A DNA stretch of 64,000 bases from Paraspadella gotoi. Lineage: Eukaryota; Animalia; Chaetognatha. The stretch lies in assembly GCA_051294375.1 (NCBI GenBank), contig CM119268.1, forward strand, positions 2,386,724 to 2,450,723. The letters are read 5' to 3'. Positions 23,936 through 39,503 of the stretch are shown piece by piece (within the stretch, counting starts at the first letter, position 1; each line of letters opens with the position of its first letter). The position numbers and the translations under genes are program-made. A model generated the notes under the pieces. That model saw only the letters and a program-made list of their open reading frames with translations. It was not told the DNA's origin and ran no database searches.

Positions 23936-24387
23936 CTCTCTCATCTCTCTCTCTCTTCCTCAACACCCCACCTTTTCCTCCCTCCCTCAACCCGCTGAAA
24001 CTCATTCTCATTCCGCGTCTTTCGCTTCCTTCACAAAAATTAATGTCGTCTCCTCTTCGTCGTCGTCGTCGTCGTCGTCGTCGACCTCGTCTCTCCTCGT
24101 GTCCTCGTCGGCGTCGTCCTCTGAAGACCACGCGGCGCGCTGTGACTGACTGGATCCAGCTGCAGCGCCGGCGTCGGCTGCCGCGGCTTCGCCTTCGCTG
24201 CAGTCCCGAACGGCGGCTCCCTGCAGCGGCGTTCCGAAAAAAAAGAAAAAAAAAAGAAAGAAAGGAAAAAAAAACCCTTACGCGCGGCGCGGCGTCGCTC
24301 GGCGGCGAGAAACGCCGCGGACCGCAACGCTGGATTCGCTGCGACGCTGCGCGGGCCGCTTTCGCTTTTCAGTTTCAGGCGCTCTCT

Positions 24388-24418
<31 letters not shown>

Positions 24419-25499
24419 TCTGCTCTCTCTCTCCTCTCTCTCTACTCTCTCCTCGTTCTCTCTCTCTCTCTCTCTCTTCCTTGAAATTGGAAATCGCGGC
24501 GCGCGGAAGCGAGCGAAAGAGGAGAAAGAAAAAAACGAAAAAAAAAGGAAAAAACCGAAAAGGAGAAAGAAAATAAAAAAAAGGAAAAGAGAGAGAGAGA
24601 GGAAAAAAAAGAAAAAGAAAAAGAAAAACGCGGCGCGCGGAAGGAAGCGTTGGATCGAAATGGTGGGGTGTTGAGGGGGGGAGGGATGTAGAGAAGGTAG
24701 AAGAGTCGGTCGACTGGAGCGCTTAGTAGAAATGAAATTGAGTGGAAGGTTAAGTTAGGAAAAGGAGCTGACTGGCGGGTTAAGATTGGTTGATTGGTTG
24801 ATTCTTCGATTAGTTGCTTGGTTTATTGGTTGAAAGAAGAAGAAGATTGGTTGGGCGAAAAGCGAGAGGATAATATAGTATATATTAAAGGATATATCTT
24901 ACAGATGTAAATAGATGGAGAAATAAATTGAGCTGCTGGGTGGAAATCTAAACTTACAGCGTGTCCCAAAGGTACTGTCCGTTAACTTTTACATATCGTG
25001 CGGAACTATGTAGTTAAATCTTTTTTCTGATATAATACTGTCAATGATAAGTTCTTACCATTTATGATTTATGATTTATATGTTTTTATAGTTTACCAAA
25101 AATTTATTAAAAGAATTTTGAATATTTTAAATTGATATAAATTATTTAATAAATTATTTTAAGCTGTGCTGCCGTGGTTAGTGACTGCTTTGACGCAATA
25201 AATAATACTCGGTTGACCAAATTCATTTCAATATATATAATATAATATCAAATACACAACAATTCTAAAAATTCACCAATATCAAATTCATAACTTAAGT
25301 AGCGGTAGCGACCAAATTCAAATTTTAATGGGAACAGATTAACATCCATTATTGGTATTAATTAATTGTGTTAAAATATTTTTTTACAAAAAATGTTCCG
25401 AACCATGAGTAGAATTCGCTAATTAATTATTTTATAATTGCTATATAATGTAAAAATGTTTTTTTTGGACTATTTTAAGTTTTTTATTGATTCGATGAG

Positions 25500-25917
25500 C
25501 CTTACAGTTAAAGCAAAAATAATATTACAACTTTTTTAAAATTTTGATGTTTTTATTACTAAAAAATTAGTAAAAACTGTAATCATCGGATGAGTGATGT
25601 GTTGATATTTTTTAAGGTTTTCTCAATTTAAACCCACTTATTCAATCAAAATATTGAAAAAAGAATTATACTTTGTGTAGATACTTTTATAACGCTATTT
25701 GAACTCTGTTGTTAAAAAGAAAAAATTCCATAAAATTTTGTTTGACATTTCTATTATAAATAAATATTAAAAACTTAATTACTAATGCTTCTTGCCATTT
25801 TAAGCAAAATTTTTGCTCCATTGAAAGTTTCTCAGAAATGTATGAATTTCAATTGAAAGAGTTCCCAAATCAGAAGCTTCTGACCCACTCCAATTGACGA
25901 AGTTTGGCTCTACCTTA
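25500..25917 (+). mobile_element. AT-rich dispersed repeat (probable non-autonomous DNA transposon end)
   Basis: Reverse complement of 53531-53900. Diverged relatives occur at ~47390-47560 and ~49200-49503. Confidence 0.65.
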
Positions 25918-26203
25918 AGCATAGCATAGGAATAAGTTAGTGAAAATTTACCACTGCCTCTTGTTTTTATTTTTTATTGAAGCCGGCGGTCTCTGGCGGA
26001 ATTAACTCGAACTTATAACTTTAAAAAAACAAAAGTCATAAATCACAAAATGTATCCATGAATTATTTCATGGGGTGCAAATTCAGAAGTTACATGAAAA
26101 TAATAAAGATTTTAAGAAATATTTATAAAAAAAACAAACAAAACAATGGTTTCACAGCTATTGAGTCGAAAAACATTACAAAGGAAAAGTTCTGCAGATT
26201 CAA

Positions 26204-28659
26204 TCACTCGATCCCTTGGGTTCGTTGGTCGTCTGTCCCTGCCACGGGTCCACTGGTCACGATCCCGGGGTCATAAGTGGACGTCCTGTTACGCCTGTGA
26301 TCCGGTTGGAGCATGAGGGCGATCATTTCGTCGTCGGCCTTCGTCGTCGTCGTCGTCATCATCGTCTCTTCACCTTCAGTTCCTCCTTTTTCATTTTTCT
26401 TCTTTCGACAAAATCCGACGTAGATAATAAGAGCGACGCAGAGAGACGAGACGACGCCCACCAGGGAGACTGAGAATTAAGAGAAACTAATTTAATTAAA
26501 CAAAGAAAAAAAAAACAAATATGAGTAAAGCGATTTAAGTAGTCTGAAGATTATTATCCGCAACTTCCTTAACCCCTTTTAGCAGCCGTGGAACGGGTCT
26601 TGGGCTTGGGACAAGGCTTGAGGGTGTTCCACGCCGGAAAGGCGGCTTTCTGACGTCCTCACGCTTTCCGATGGGTAGGCACCGGGTTGAGATTGAGCCG
26701 AGTAGAGAGTGGTCATTAGTTGAAGAGCTATCGGGTCACTTCTAGGGGATTCAAATTTGTATGCAGGATGAACCTCGGCAATTCCCGCTACAAAACGAAT
26801 GAAAGAATGAAAGAATGAAAGAATGAATGAATGAATGAATGAATGAATGAATAACTGAATGAATGAATGAATGAACGAATGAATGAATGAATGAATGAAT
26901 GAATGAATGAATGAATGAATGAATGAATGAATGAATGAATGAATGAATGAATGATTGAATGAATGAATGAATGAATGAAAAAATGAATGAACGAAACGAA
27001 ACCCACGCACCCGCGAAGTGTCCCCAATCCACGGGCGTCGGCGGCGACTCGTACCCGACGGGCAGCGGCGTCGGCTCCGCTCCTTCGCGACATTCCATCG
27101 GCCAAATTTTGTCGCGGCCCACGTAGCAGACCGTCCCGTTGCTCGGCCGGTCTTTGGTGCGAACTACTCCGCAAGTCTCTCCGGTAGCGCAGCACCAATC
27201 CCAGTTGGACTGCGTAGAGTCTAGCCAGCACCAGCCGTACTGGGTCCAGTCTTCGGTGCAAGGGCTGAAACAGGCATAGTTGCGGATACTCCTGGCGAGA
27301 AGGGGAGGATTAGGAATTGATATAGGGAATAAGAATAGGAATAGGAATAGATACAGGAATAGGAATAGAAATAGGGATAGGAATAGGAAAAGGAATTGAT
27401 ATAGGAATAGGAAATAGATATAGGAATAAGAATAGGAATAGGAATAAGAATATGAATAGGAATGGCGAATGAGGGAGATTGCTTCGTGTTTTCCGTTCGT
27501 TCGTTCGTTTCGAGTCATTCAATCATTAATTAATTAATTAAGAGAGACTGAATGACCTTAAACAATAGAATTAATTAATTAATTAATTAATTAATTAATT
27601 AATTCAGTCGGTCATTCATTAATTCATTTATTTATTTTTAGTCATTCATATTTTAAATTTTCATTTATTCTTTCATTCATTATTTCTTTCTTTCTTTCTT
27701 TCTTTCTTACCTTCTTTCATTCATTCTTTCATTCATTCATTCTTTATTTTTTCAGACACCTGTAGACCGCCACGGGATTGCAACGGTACCACTCGGGATT
27801 GCAGACTGTGTAGCTGCAGCCTTTTCCGCAGTTTTTGCGCTCGTTCTTGCAGGCGGTGCAGCCGTGGCTGAAGTGACCGTCGTCAACGTAGCTGGCGCGG
27901 CAGAATCCAGAAAGACAACAGAAATCCCAATTTGTGTGGTCGGAGTCCGTCCAACACCACTTGAGAAGGAAAATTTGGGAATGCGACTTATTTTTTGGAC
28001 ATTTGGAAACTTAAGTGATTGAGAAAAGACCCTGATATTTTGTCCAATTGGTCAGTCCGGCGATTACCAAAAGAAGAAATGGTGCCCATCCTCGGACCCC
28101 GGGCCCCTCAGCTTAGGGGAGAGTGCCTGGATCTCATCTTGGGCCCCTGCAACGGGCCTTCCAACCTTTGGGGAGATTGCCTGGATCTCACCTTCGGCCC
28201 CTGCAACGGGCCTTCCAACCTCACCCGATACTTTTCTCCGAAGAATCCACAGAATTCTCCATCGGCGCAATCGAGTCCGTAAAGCGTCACGTTGGAGGCT
28301 TCGACGTCGCACCACTCCGTCGACTCCTCCGTCAGCTGCTCCTCATCCGCCTCCTTCGCCGCGGTGCTGCAGCGTCGGCGGGAAGTCAGGGAAATTCGCC
28401 ACAGCCTCTTACATCCGGATCTAGGATGACAGCAGCGCTCGCGGTGCCCGCCGGCGACGCGGCAGGACAGCGAACCGGACGAGTCGGGTTGGCAAGAGTC
28501 GCCGGCGAGGCAATGAACGCCGGAGCGGGTCACGGCGCCGTATTCGGGTTCGGCGGAGGCGTGATCGGCGCCTTCGGAGGCGCCGGTGACCAAGACGACG
28601 GAGGTGGTGAGGAAGGACGCCAGGAAAACGGAAATAAGAATCCGTAGACAAACGAACAT
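26204..28659 (-). CDS. Uncharacterised type-I membrane protein (~393 aa) with signal peptide, three Cys-rich WC-x8-WDxCC repeats, Pro-rich stalk, TM helix and cytoplasmic tail; exons 28659-28225, 27959-27760, 27291-27011, 26469-26204
   Basis: All three introns are GT-AG and phase-compatible (0, 2, 1), and the spliced length 1182 nt is a multiple of 3. N-terminus MFVCLRILISVFLASFLTTSVVLVTGA. Repeats include YRWCWTDSDHTNWDFCC and YGWCWLDSTQSNWDWCC. TM segment FAVSLVGVVSSLCVALIIYVGFC is followed by RKKK. Confidence 0.8.
26573..26746 (+). mobile_element. piggyBac-like terminal fragment without minisatellite expansion (copy 3), inside the last intron of the receptor gene
   Basis: TTAA|CCCCTTTTAGCAGCCGTGGAACGGGTCTTGGGCTTGG... 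aligns with 10526-10636, and similarity resumes at CTTCTAGG. Confidence 0.5.
26797..26990. repeat. (GAAT)n microsatellite, intronic
   Basis: Seen directly. Confidence 0.95.
27320..27460. repeat. (AATAGG)n-like hexamer repeat, intronic
   Basis: Seen directly. Confidence 0.85.
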
Positions 28660-29100
28660 ATTTCAATTTTATTTTTTAGATTTTAGATTTTGCTTAATGA
28701 GTCGAAAAATAAAGACAATTTTAAAATTTGACATTTGTTAGGTGAAATTGACCCGACGAGCCGGGAGTTGCCAGAAAATTGCAATGTTATTGCGATGACG
28801 TCATCAACAGATGACTGCCGCAATAACACAACCATCTGAGTGTATGTGCTTCGCGGATTCTATTTATTTTTTCTATTCTGTGGTTCCGAGTTATCAATTC
28901 TGATCGTTCCCTTTTGTTTTCTCTGACCGGACAACAGCGACATCTTGGGGAAAATTACCGTAAATTGAGTTATGAAGCCTCGCAAAAAAGGCCTCTTGAA
29001 TCGGGAGAAAACTAAAAAGGCATTTCGTTTTTAAAAGGGGGTTTCGTATAAAAGTTTTTAATATATGTATAAACACAAAGTCAATTTAGGGACATTAAAA

Positions 29101-31315
<2,215 letters not shown>

Positions 31316-32289
31316 CTGGAGAAAGGATAAACAACGGTCAATTGATATTGTATTGTATTGTTAAAATATAATATTTCAAATAACAACCTTTACAATATAT
31401 AATTACCACCAATATGACATAATCCATTCATTCAAATAACTAAGTTTATCCTGTCCCTAACTTTGGACAAACTATGGTAAGTTAAGGTGTATTATCCTCA
31501 GCAACTCCTCTCCTCACCTTTTGCGGCAGATACTGCTGCATCTTTCTCCGCATCCGCTAATATCGTTGGCGTAAAGNNNNNNNNNNNNNNNNNNNNNNNN
31601 NNNNNNNNNNNNNNNNNNNNNNNNNNNNNNNNNNNNNNNNNNNNNNNNNNNNNNNNNNNNNNNNNNNNNNNNNNNNNNNNNNNNNNNNNNNNNNNNNNNN
31701 NNNNNNNNNNNNNNNNNNNNNNNNNNNNNNNNNNNNNNNNNNNNNNNNNNNNNNNNNNNNNNNNNNNNNNNNNNNNNNNNNNNNNNNNNNNNNNNNNNNN
31801 NNNNNNNNNNNNNNNNNNNNNNNNNNNNNNNNNNNNNNNNNNNNNNNNNNNNNNNNNNNNNNNNNNNNNNNNNNNNNNNNNNNNNNNNNNNNNNNNNNNN
31901 NNNNNNNNNNNNNNNNNNNNNNNNNNNNNNNNNNNNNNNNNNNNNNNNNNNNNNNNNNNNNNNNNNNNNNNNNNNNNNNNNNNNNNNNNNNNNNNNNNNN
32001 NNNNNNNNNNNNNNNNNNNNNNNNNNNNNNNNNNNNNNNNNNNNNNNNNNNNNNNNNNNNNNNNNNNNNNNNNNNNNNNNNNNNNNNNNNNNNNNNNNNN
32101 NNNNNNNNNNNNNNNNNNNNNNNNNNNNNNNNNNNNNNNNNNNNNNNNNNNNNNNNNNNNNNNNNAAAAAAAGGAAAAGGTTGTGAGAAAAAATAATAAA
32201 AGCTGTGAACCGAATTGTGAAGGTAGTTTGTGAGATGCGTCGACACACGAGACGTGATAGAAAGGGATTTTTTTTTCTCTCTCTGTTTC

Positions 32290-32369
<80 letters not shown>

Positions 32370-33257
32370 TTTTTTTTCTTTCCCTCATTTCGCTTGGTTT
32401 CTCTCTTTGTTATCTGATATTCATACAAAGTTACACACTTTCAGTGATGTATATAAAAACACAGTTTAATCTATCAATGCTCTGAATAGTGAATACTTTC
32501 TGTTTATCNNNNNNNNNNNNNNNNNNNNNNNNNNNNNNNNNNNNNNNNNNNNNNNNNNNNNNNNNNNNNNNNNNNNNNNNNNNNNNNNNNNNNNNNNNNN
32601 NNNNNNNNNNNNNNNNNNNNNNNNNNNNNNNNNNNNNNNNNNNNNNNNNNNNNNNNNNNNNNNNNNNNNNNNNNNNNNNNNNNNNNNNNNNNNNNNNNNN
32701 NNNNNNNNNNNNNNNNNNNNNNNNNNNNNNNNNNNNNNNNNNNNNNNNNNNNNNNNNNNNNNNNNNNNNNNNNNNNNNNTCTCCGAGAAGGACTCTCGAT
32801 TTGACGTAAGTTTTATTGTATTTAATGTATGTACTATGTACCATGTGTGAAATTATAGAAATAATCTTGTAATCACAAAGTTGTAGATTGCCGTCTTAAT
32901 TTTACATATTTTATTGCGGCTATATTTTTTTTCACTTTTTAAAAAAATTAAATCTACTATAATTTTTCAATTTAGAGAGACAGACATTTTCTTTCAAAGA
33001 TTAATGTTTTTTGATCCAAAGGAATTGAAATAGACTCAAAGATAACACATGTTCTCCACTCGAATCGTCTCTTCCCACTTTTCTTGTTTTGAGACGAATC
33101 AACTTGGTCCCGTTTGTCGAGAATAATTTGTTATTCTTGTCAAAAATTTTGGAGGAAGAACAACGAATATCTCACGCGATTTCGAAAAACCTAATTCCTT
33201 GTGAACCCGACGTGACAGGTGAAAGAAAGGAAGAAAGAAAGAAAGAGGAAAAGAAAT

Positions 33258-33354
<97 letters not shown>

Positions 33355-34505
33355 AAAACCAAAAAATAAACAACCAAAATAAAAAACAAGGACAAAACGA
33401 GGAAAACCGCAAGGAAACAAAATAAACCTGACGGACGTAAAAAGTCAATTGAAGGACGAGTTAGTGATTGTCGTCGTCGTCTTCGTCTTCGTCGTCGTCG
33501 TCGTCGTCGNNNNNNNNNNNNNNNNNNNNNNNNNAAAGACGAGAAGAGTTTGCAGATGCGATTCTGCTCCTTTTTTTGACGTCAGGATTGCATTTTAGCT
33601 TTATTGAGCTAGGTTTTTTTTGTTTACGGACAACAAATTAGATATTTCACTGAGATCAAACGCGACTGCGGATCGACTATGAGTGGACGACAACAACGAC
33701 GACGATCAACTTGGCGATATAAGTAATAAATATTTATGGTAAATTATTACAATGACTTTCGGATTACTAACGTAAGATGTAAAGAATATAATGTAGGTAT
33801 AAATTAAAGTAATAGCCTAGAAAAAAAAACAACTGTTTTCTTGACATCCGAAGTCAAACATTAGAGAAATTTAATAAATTAACTCGAACGAACACAAAAC
33901 GAATCCTTAAAAAAAATTTAAAAAAAAGAGAGGAAAATAAAAAGTAAATAAATAAAGAAAAAATCGAAAATAAGGAAAGAAAAAAAAAGGAAGAAGTAGA
34001 AAGAGCAGAAGAGATAATTAAGGAAAAGGAAAAAGAAGAAACGAAAACCAAAAGAAAGCTGAAAATAATAGGGCAGTGTGTCACCTGAATGAAAACGAAG
34101 GTGAAACTAGTTAATATTCCTTTGCCAAGTTAAAAAACCAATCCGTGGACAGAACTCGAATATAACTCCGGGATCGATCTTAAGATATCGTCAGTCAACG
34201 TCAACCGGTTAATCGGAGGTAATCTCTTATCAGGTATTAGATGGAAAGGTGGGGTGGGGATATTTGGATTAGGGAGAGAGAAAGGGGAAAGACGGAAGGG
34301 TGGGTTATCGGGGTTAGGTTTGTGTAGGTGCGTTAGGGGGTGGAGGAGTGAAAGGGGAAAGGCCGTTCGGGTGGGCAGGACGAAGTTCACCGGTCGACGA
34401 CCTCGTTTCCAATTCATTTACTCTTCGTCGGAACAGCGGAAAGAGTCGTGATCGTTCGATATTTTACTAAGCCCGCTCTCTTCTCTCTCTCTCTCCTCTC
34501 TCACC

Positions 34506-34557
<52 letters not shown>

Positions 34558-34634
34558 TCTGTTCTCTGATTTCGACTCGCGTCAAAGATCAAAGAGATTT
34601 CCGATGTCCTTCAGTTCGAAAAAACTGATTCTCT

Positions 34635-34700
<66 letters not shown>

Positions 34701-36496
34701 TTCTTTTTCTCTCTCTGTATTTTCTCTTTCTATTTTCTTTAACTTTTGGAGTTTTTCCCTTTTTGATCAATATAGTTCAAAATAAATTAAATTCTTTGTC
34801 AAATATGGTAGTTATATTTTTAATTTATCAATGGTCACCTATGTTTAACTTATCAATGAAATAATTTATTTGTAAAATATATAACATTCGATGAAAAAAA
34901 GCAAATCCTGTTTTTCTCAGCTTTAACTAAGTCATTAGATTATGAATAATGAATCAAATCTCTCTCTCTCTCTCTCTCTNNNNNNNNNNNNNNNNNNNNN
35001 NNNNAGCGATTTTATGCGCTACTTCTTATTATATTTCGTCACTCCTCTCTATGTCAGCTATCTCAGCATATAATCTAATGAGAAGTTATATATATATATA
35101 TATCTATATATATATGCTTGCACACCTCTATCTATTATTATATATATTATATAGAGAAGATCCAGATACCAACAGCCCTCAGCCATATAGGAGGAGAAGA
35201 GGAGAGCTAGGGTCCTCAAGGGGTACTCAGGTTCCTAGTCCTTTCACCAATTGAGATGCTCTATTTATGTAGTTATGAGGATATATTATCTATTTATAAA
35301 AAGGTGTAACAAGCTTCTGGCCAGTTCAGCCGTTTTCCTCCCAAGAAGAAAGAAGGAACAACTTCTTTCCCTCTAGCAAGACCAGCGGGACCTATAGGAC
35401 TCAGGATCATTAGAGTGAACTATGCCCAATATCTCCCTGGATAGGAAACCTGGCCGGCAACGGCCCCTCACTATTATTATAATAGGATGCCTAATAAACT
35501 ACAAATAAAACTTAATAAAACGTTTCCTGATAGGAAAAAAGTAGTACTGGTAGTTGTAGGATTTGAGTTTCTCTGAGGCCGGCGAAATCCGCAACAGAGT
35601 TCGAAAATAAGAGGACAATTTTAAAATTTGACATTGGTTAGGGTGAAAATGTGACCGACGACGGGAGTTGCAAGGGAAAATCCAAGTGTTATTGCGGGAT
35701 GACCCACAACAGATGACTGCCGCATGACACAGACCGATCTGATGTATGTGGCTTCGCGGAATGTATTTATTTGAATTAAATTTTTTCGATCCTGTGGTTC
35801 CGAGTTATCAATTTTGATCGTTCCCTTTTGTTTCTCTGACCGGACAACAGCGACACTTCTTGCGGGGAAAATTACCGTAAATTGAGTTAAGAAAGCTCGC
35901 AAAAAAAGGCCTCTTGAAATCGGGAGAAAACTAAAAAGGCATTTCGTTTTTTAAAAGGGGGTTTCGTATAAAAGTTTTTAATATATGTATAAACACAAGG
36001 CTCAAGTTAGGACTTTAAAATTATCACTAAAGAATTGTCTTTTCTTTTCCTAATACATTTACGAGACAAAACTCGATGATCTTTCTTCTTCCTTCTTCCC
36101 TTCTTAGTCTCTACCCCTCCGGCGCCACGATCCCATCTCTTCTCTCGTCGGCGTCATTCCATCGCCGCTCGCAAGCGCCGATAACACCCGGCGTCGATTC
36201 TCGGCGTCGTCGCGAGGGACAGTCGGCGAAGCAGGCTCGATAACCGGCGACGCCCTCGAACGCGCGCGCAAAACCGGAAGGCAGGGGGCGGGGGAGAGAG
36301 AGACCGAGCAGGGACGCTGCATTCGGTGACGAGGCAGTTGAATACCTGGGAGTTGTGTGGTGGTTAGGTGATATGGGGTCCACTGAAGTAAGTGAGTTGA
36401 GGTGGGAGGGTTTTCAGTTTCCAGTCAGCCACGATCTAGTTCTTCTCTCTCTCTCTCTTTCTCCTCTCCTTTTCTCTCTTTCCTCTCTCTTCTTTC

Positions 36497-36527
<31 letters not shown>

Positions 36528-36528
36528 T

Positions 36529-36578
<50 letters not shown>

Positions 36579-36815
36579 GCTCTCACACACACACACAGTT
36601 TTTTAAATCAATTGACTTGTCGCTTTAAAAGTCCATTTAACTGGTGTCCTTTATGATACTAATCGACCAAAAAAACATAAAATACTAACAAGTATCGCTA
36701 CTGAGTCGGAGATGCATTTTAAGTTCGTAGATGGCATTTTAATTGTAGGAGGCCTTTTAAACCTCTCCTTCCTATTTCTCGAAAATGTTAAAAATATTAA
36801 AAAAAAGATACATGG

Positions 36816-36887
36816 CTCCCAGGCGGGGGATCGAACCCCCGGTATCTCACGTGACATACGAAGTACTAACCCACTATACTACTAGGA
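36816..36887 (-). pseudogene. Degraded or mis-sequenced copy of tRNA-Asp(GTC)
   Basis: Positional counterpart of 29900-29971 with several indels and substitutions; the GTC anticodon is retained. Confidence 0.6.
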
Positions 36888-38858
36888 CAGAAGAACTCTG
36901 ACACGAATTTCACACTCACTCTCTTTTTCAACATGACTCAACCAAGTGCTTACCAGAATTTCCTTGTGAGAGATGCAAACGATGCGTAGCAATATTCGCT
37001 CACGAATTTGTGAGAAGTTGACAAAACGTGAAAGACAGGAATGGTAGAAAACGATTCACCGTGACAGTTCCACGCATCCCTGAAAGAGACGCAGGTGGAG
37101 ATTTGTGAAATCGGGAATGTGTAAGTTAAAAAAGTTCGCCACAACAGTTTTATTTCTGTTTCTTTTATTTAATATATATCATAATTTTAAGATTCTATAA
37201 TGAATTTATGACAGCTTTAAAATATTGAGCGTGGAGGAAAGACGTTCAATTCTCTCCACTTGAACCCAACCTTCCGCACCGAGGAAAAGGGTCTTATCCG
37301 AGAGCCTACCTCAAATCCCAGATACCGAGCTCGTCGAAGGAACACGCAAGAAACTCGCACCGGAAGTAATGAAAAATCGGGCCCAATCGGAGATCGAAGA
37401 AAGCAAACGAACCAATCAGAGAGCGAGAAGATAGATTCTTTAATCAAATGGCGGAACGGATGAAACCTCCACCACACCTCACAAGCGAATGAATAATGAA
37501 ATTTTATTTTTTTAAAAAAGGTTGTTAATGTTTTCAGGAACTTTAAGCCTCAGTTTTCTCTTTTTCCAAGTAACACTTAAATTCAAGAGTAAAACATCGT
37601 ACATGATAAGCTTGGACTGACTGGCGCAACGAACGAAACGGACGAACGGACGGGGAGAAAAATGTTCCCAGCGCCTCGTGAAAAAAAAGTCTTGACTCAT
37701 ACTGACGAAACGAAGGAGAGAGAGAGAGAAGAGAGGAGAGAGATAGATGAGAGAGAGAGGAGGAGAGAGAGAGAGAGAGAAGGATATGAGAGAGAGTAGA
37801 GAGAGAAGAGAGAGAGAGAAGAGAGAGAAGAGAGAGAGAGAAAGAGAGGAGAGAGAACAGAGATGAGAGGCTAATGTAAAAGCAGAAAGAAAAGAAAAGG
37901 AAAGGAAAGGAGAAAAGTAGAGAAAAAAAAAAAAGAGTACAAAGAGACAGAGAAGTGAGGAAAGCAAAAAAAAGGGACCGTTGGTAGCAGATGGTTTTGC
38001 AATAGCAAGGAAAAGAACAAGAAATGGCTGTCGATGTAAACATCAAATGATGATTTGAAACATCGACGGGCTTCCGCGCAAAGACACCAGTAGTAGTTAA
38101 GACTTGAAGAGGACAATTCTCTTAATGATAAGCGAGACGACCCCGTGGACATCGACCGTGACATCGACGTACCTCGTAGGCATTTCCCGTGACAACGAAC
38201 TCGTTCGATCTTCGCATTGCCAGTTGCCAAAGTTTTCGACCTCCCCATGTCGAGGGTCCAGCCGTACCTGGAGCAAGATAAACACGGTCGAATTGAATTG
38301 TATTGTATGTTAAAAAATAATATTTTCAATAAACCTACAATAATAAATTACCCAATATGGACATAAATCCATTCATTCAAATAACTAAGTTTATCCTGTC
38401 CCTAACTTTGGACAAAAACTATGGTAAGTTAAGGTGTAGTATCCCTCAGCACTCCTCGTCCTCACCTTTTTGCGCAGATGCTGATGCATCTTCTCCGCAT
38501 CGCTTAATATCTTGGCTAAAGCGTCGTCTTGGCGGGTAAGAAAAATTTTGGGGCGGCAGCGCGGAGCGAACAATTAGGTTGCATTAATAGTAGCAAGAAA
38601 TCGGCCGCTGCAAAATGTGCAACCAAAACTCGACAGTAAATTTCAAAAATTTGGAGAAATGTCCATTTTTCTGTTGATGAGTTTTGACTGAGATTTGAAA
38701 GAAAAAGAGCTAATTGCCGTTTTGTGAACATTCTTCAGTTTAACCTTGAGAGGGAGAGAGCAGAGAGACGAGAGCAGACGAGAGAGAGAAGAGAGACGAG
38801 AGACCGAGAAGATGAAGAGAGAAAAGAGAGAGAGAGAGAGAGAGGAAGAGAAGAGAGC

Positions 38859-38893
<35 letters not shown>

Positions 38894-39422
38894 CGAGGAG
38901 ATAGAGGAGAGACGAAGAGAGAGAGGAGAGAGAGAGAGAGAGAGAGGAGAGAGAGCCGTCGCGACTCACGGGGAGACGGAAACAGAGAGCCACCAACTAC
39001 AACACGAAAAAAGGAAAAGTTGTGAGAAAAAATAATAAAAAGCCTGTGAAACGACATTGTTTGTGAAGGTAGTTCGTGTAGATGCGTCGAACACAACGAG
39101 ACGTGATAGAAAGGGATTTTTTTCTCTCTCTGTTTCTCTTTCTTCCTTCTTCTTATCTTTCTTTCTCTTTCTTTCTTTCTTTCGTTCTTCTTTCTTTCTT
39201 CATTTCTCATTTCTTTTTGTTTTTCTTTCCCTCATTCGCCTTGGTTTCTCTCTTTTGTTAATCTGATATTCATACAAAGTTAACATTTCCAGTGATGTAT
39301 ATAAAAACACAGTTAACTATCCAATGCTCTGAATACCCTCACTTCTCTGTTTTCTTTATGTGAACTTTTTTTCTCCACACACTTATTGTCTATTCTCTCA
39401 ATTCTTATTCTCCTCTCCTTCT

Positions 39423-39503
<81 letters not shown>

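Noticed and set aside
35005-35590. Unique spacer between the direct repeats
   Set aside because: It looks like low-quality read sequence next to a gap, with no interpretable feature.
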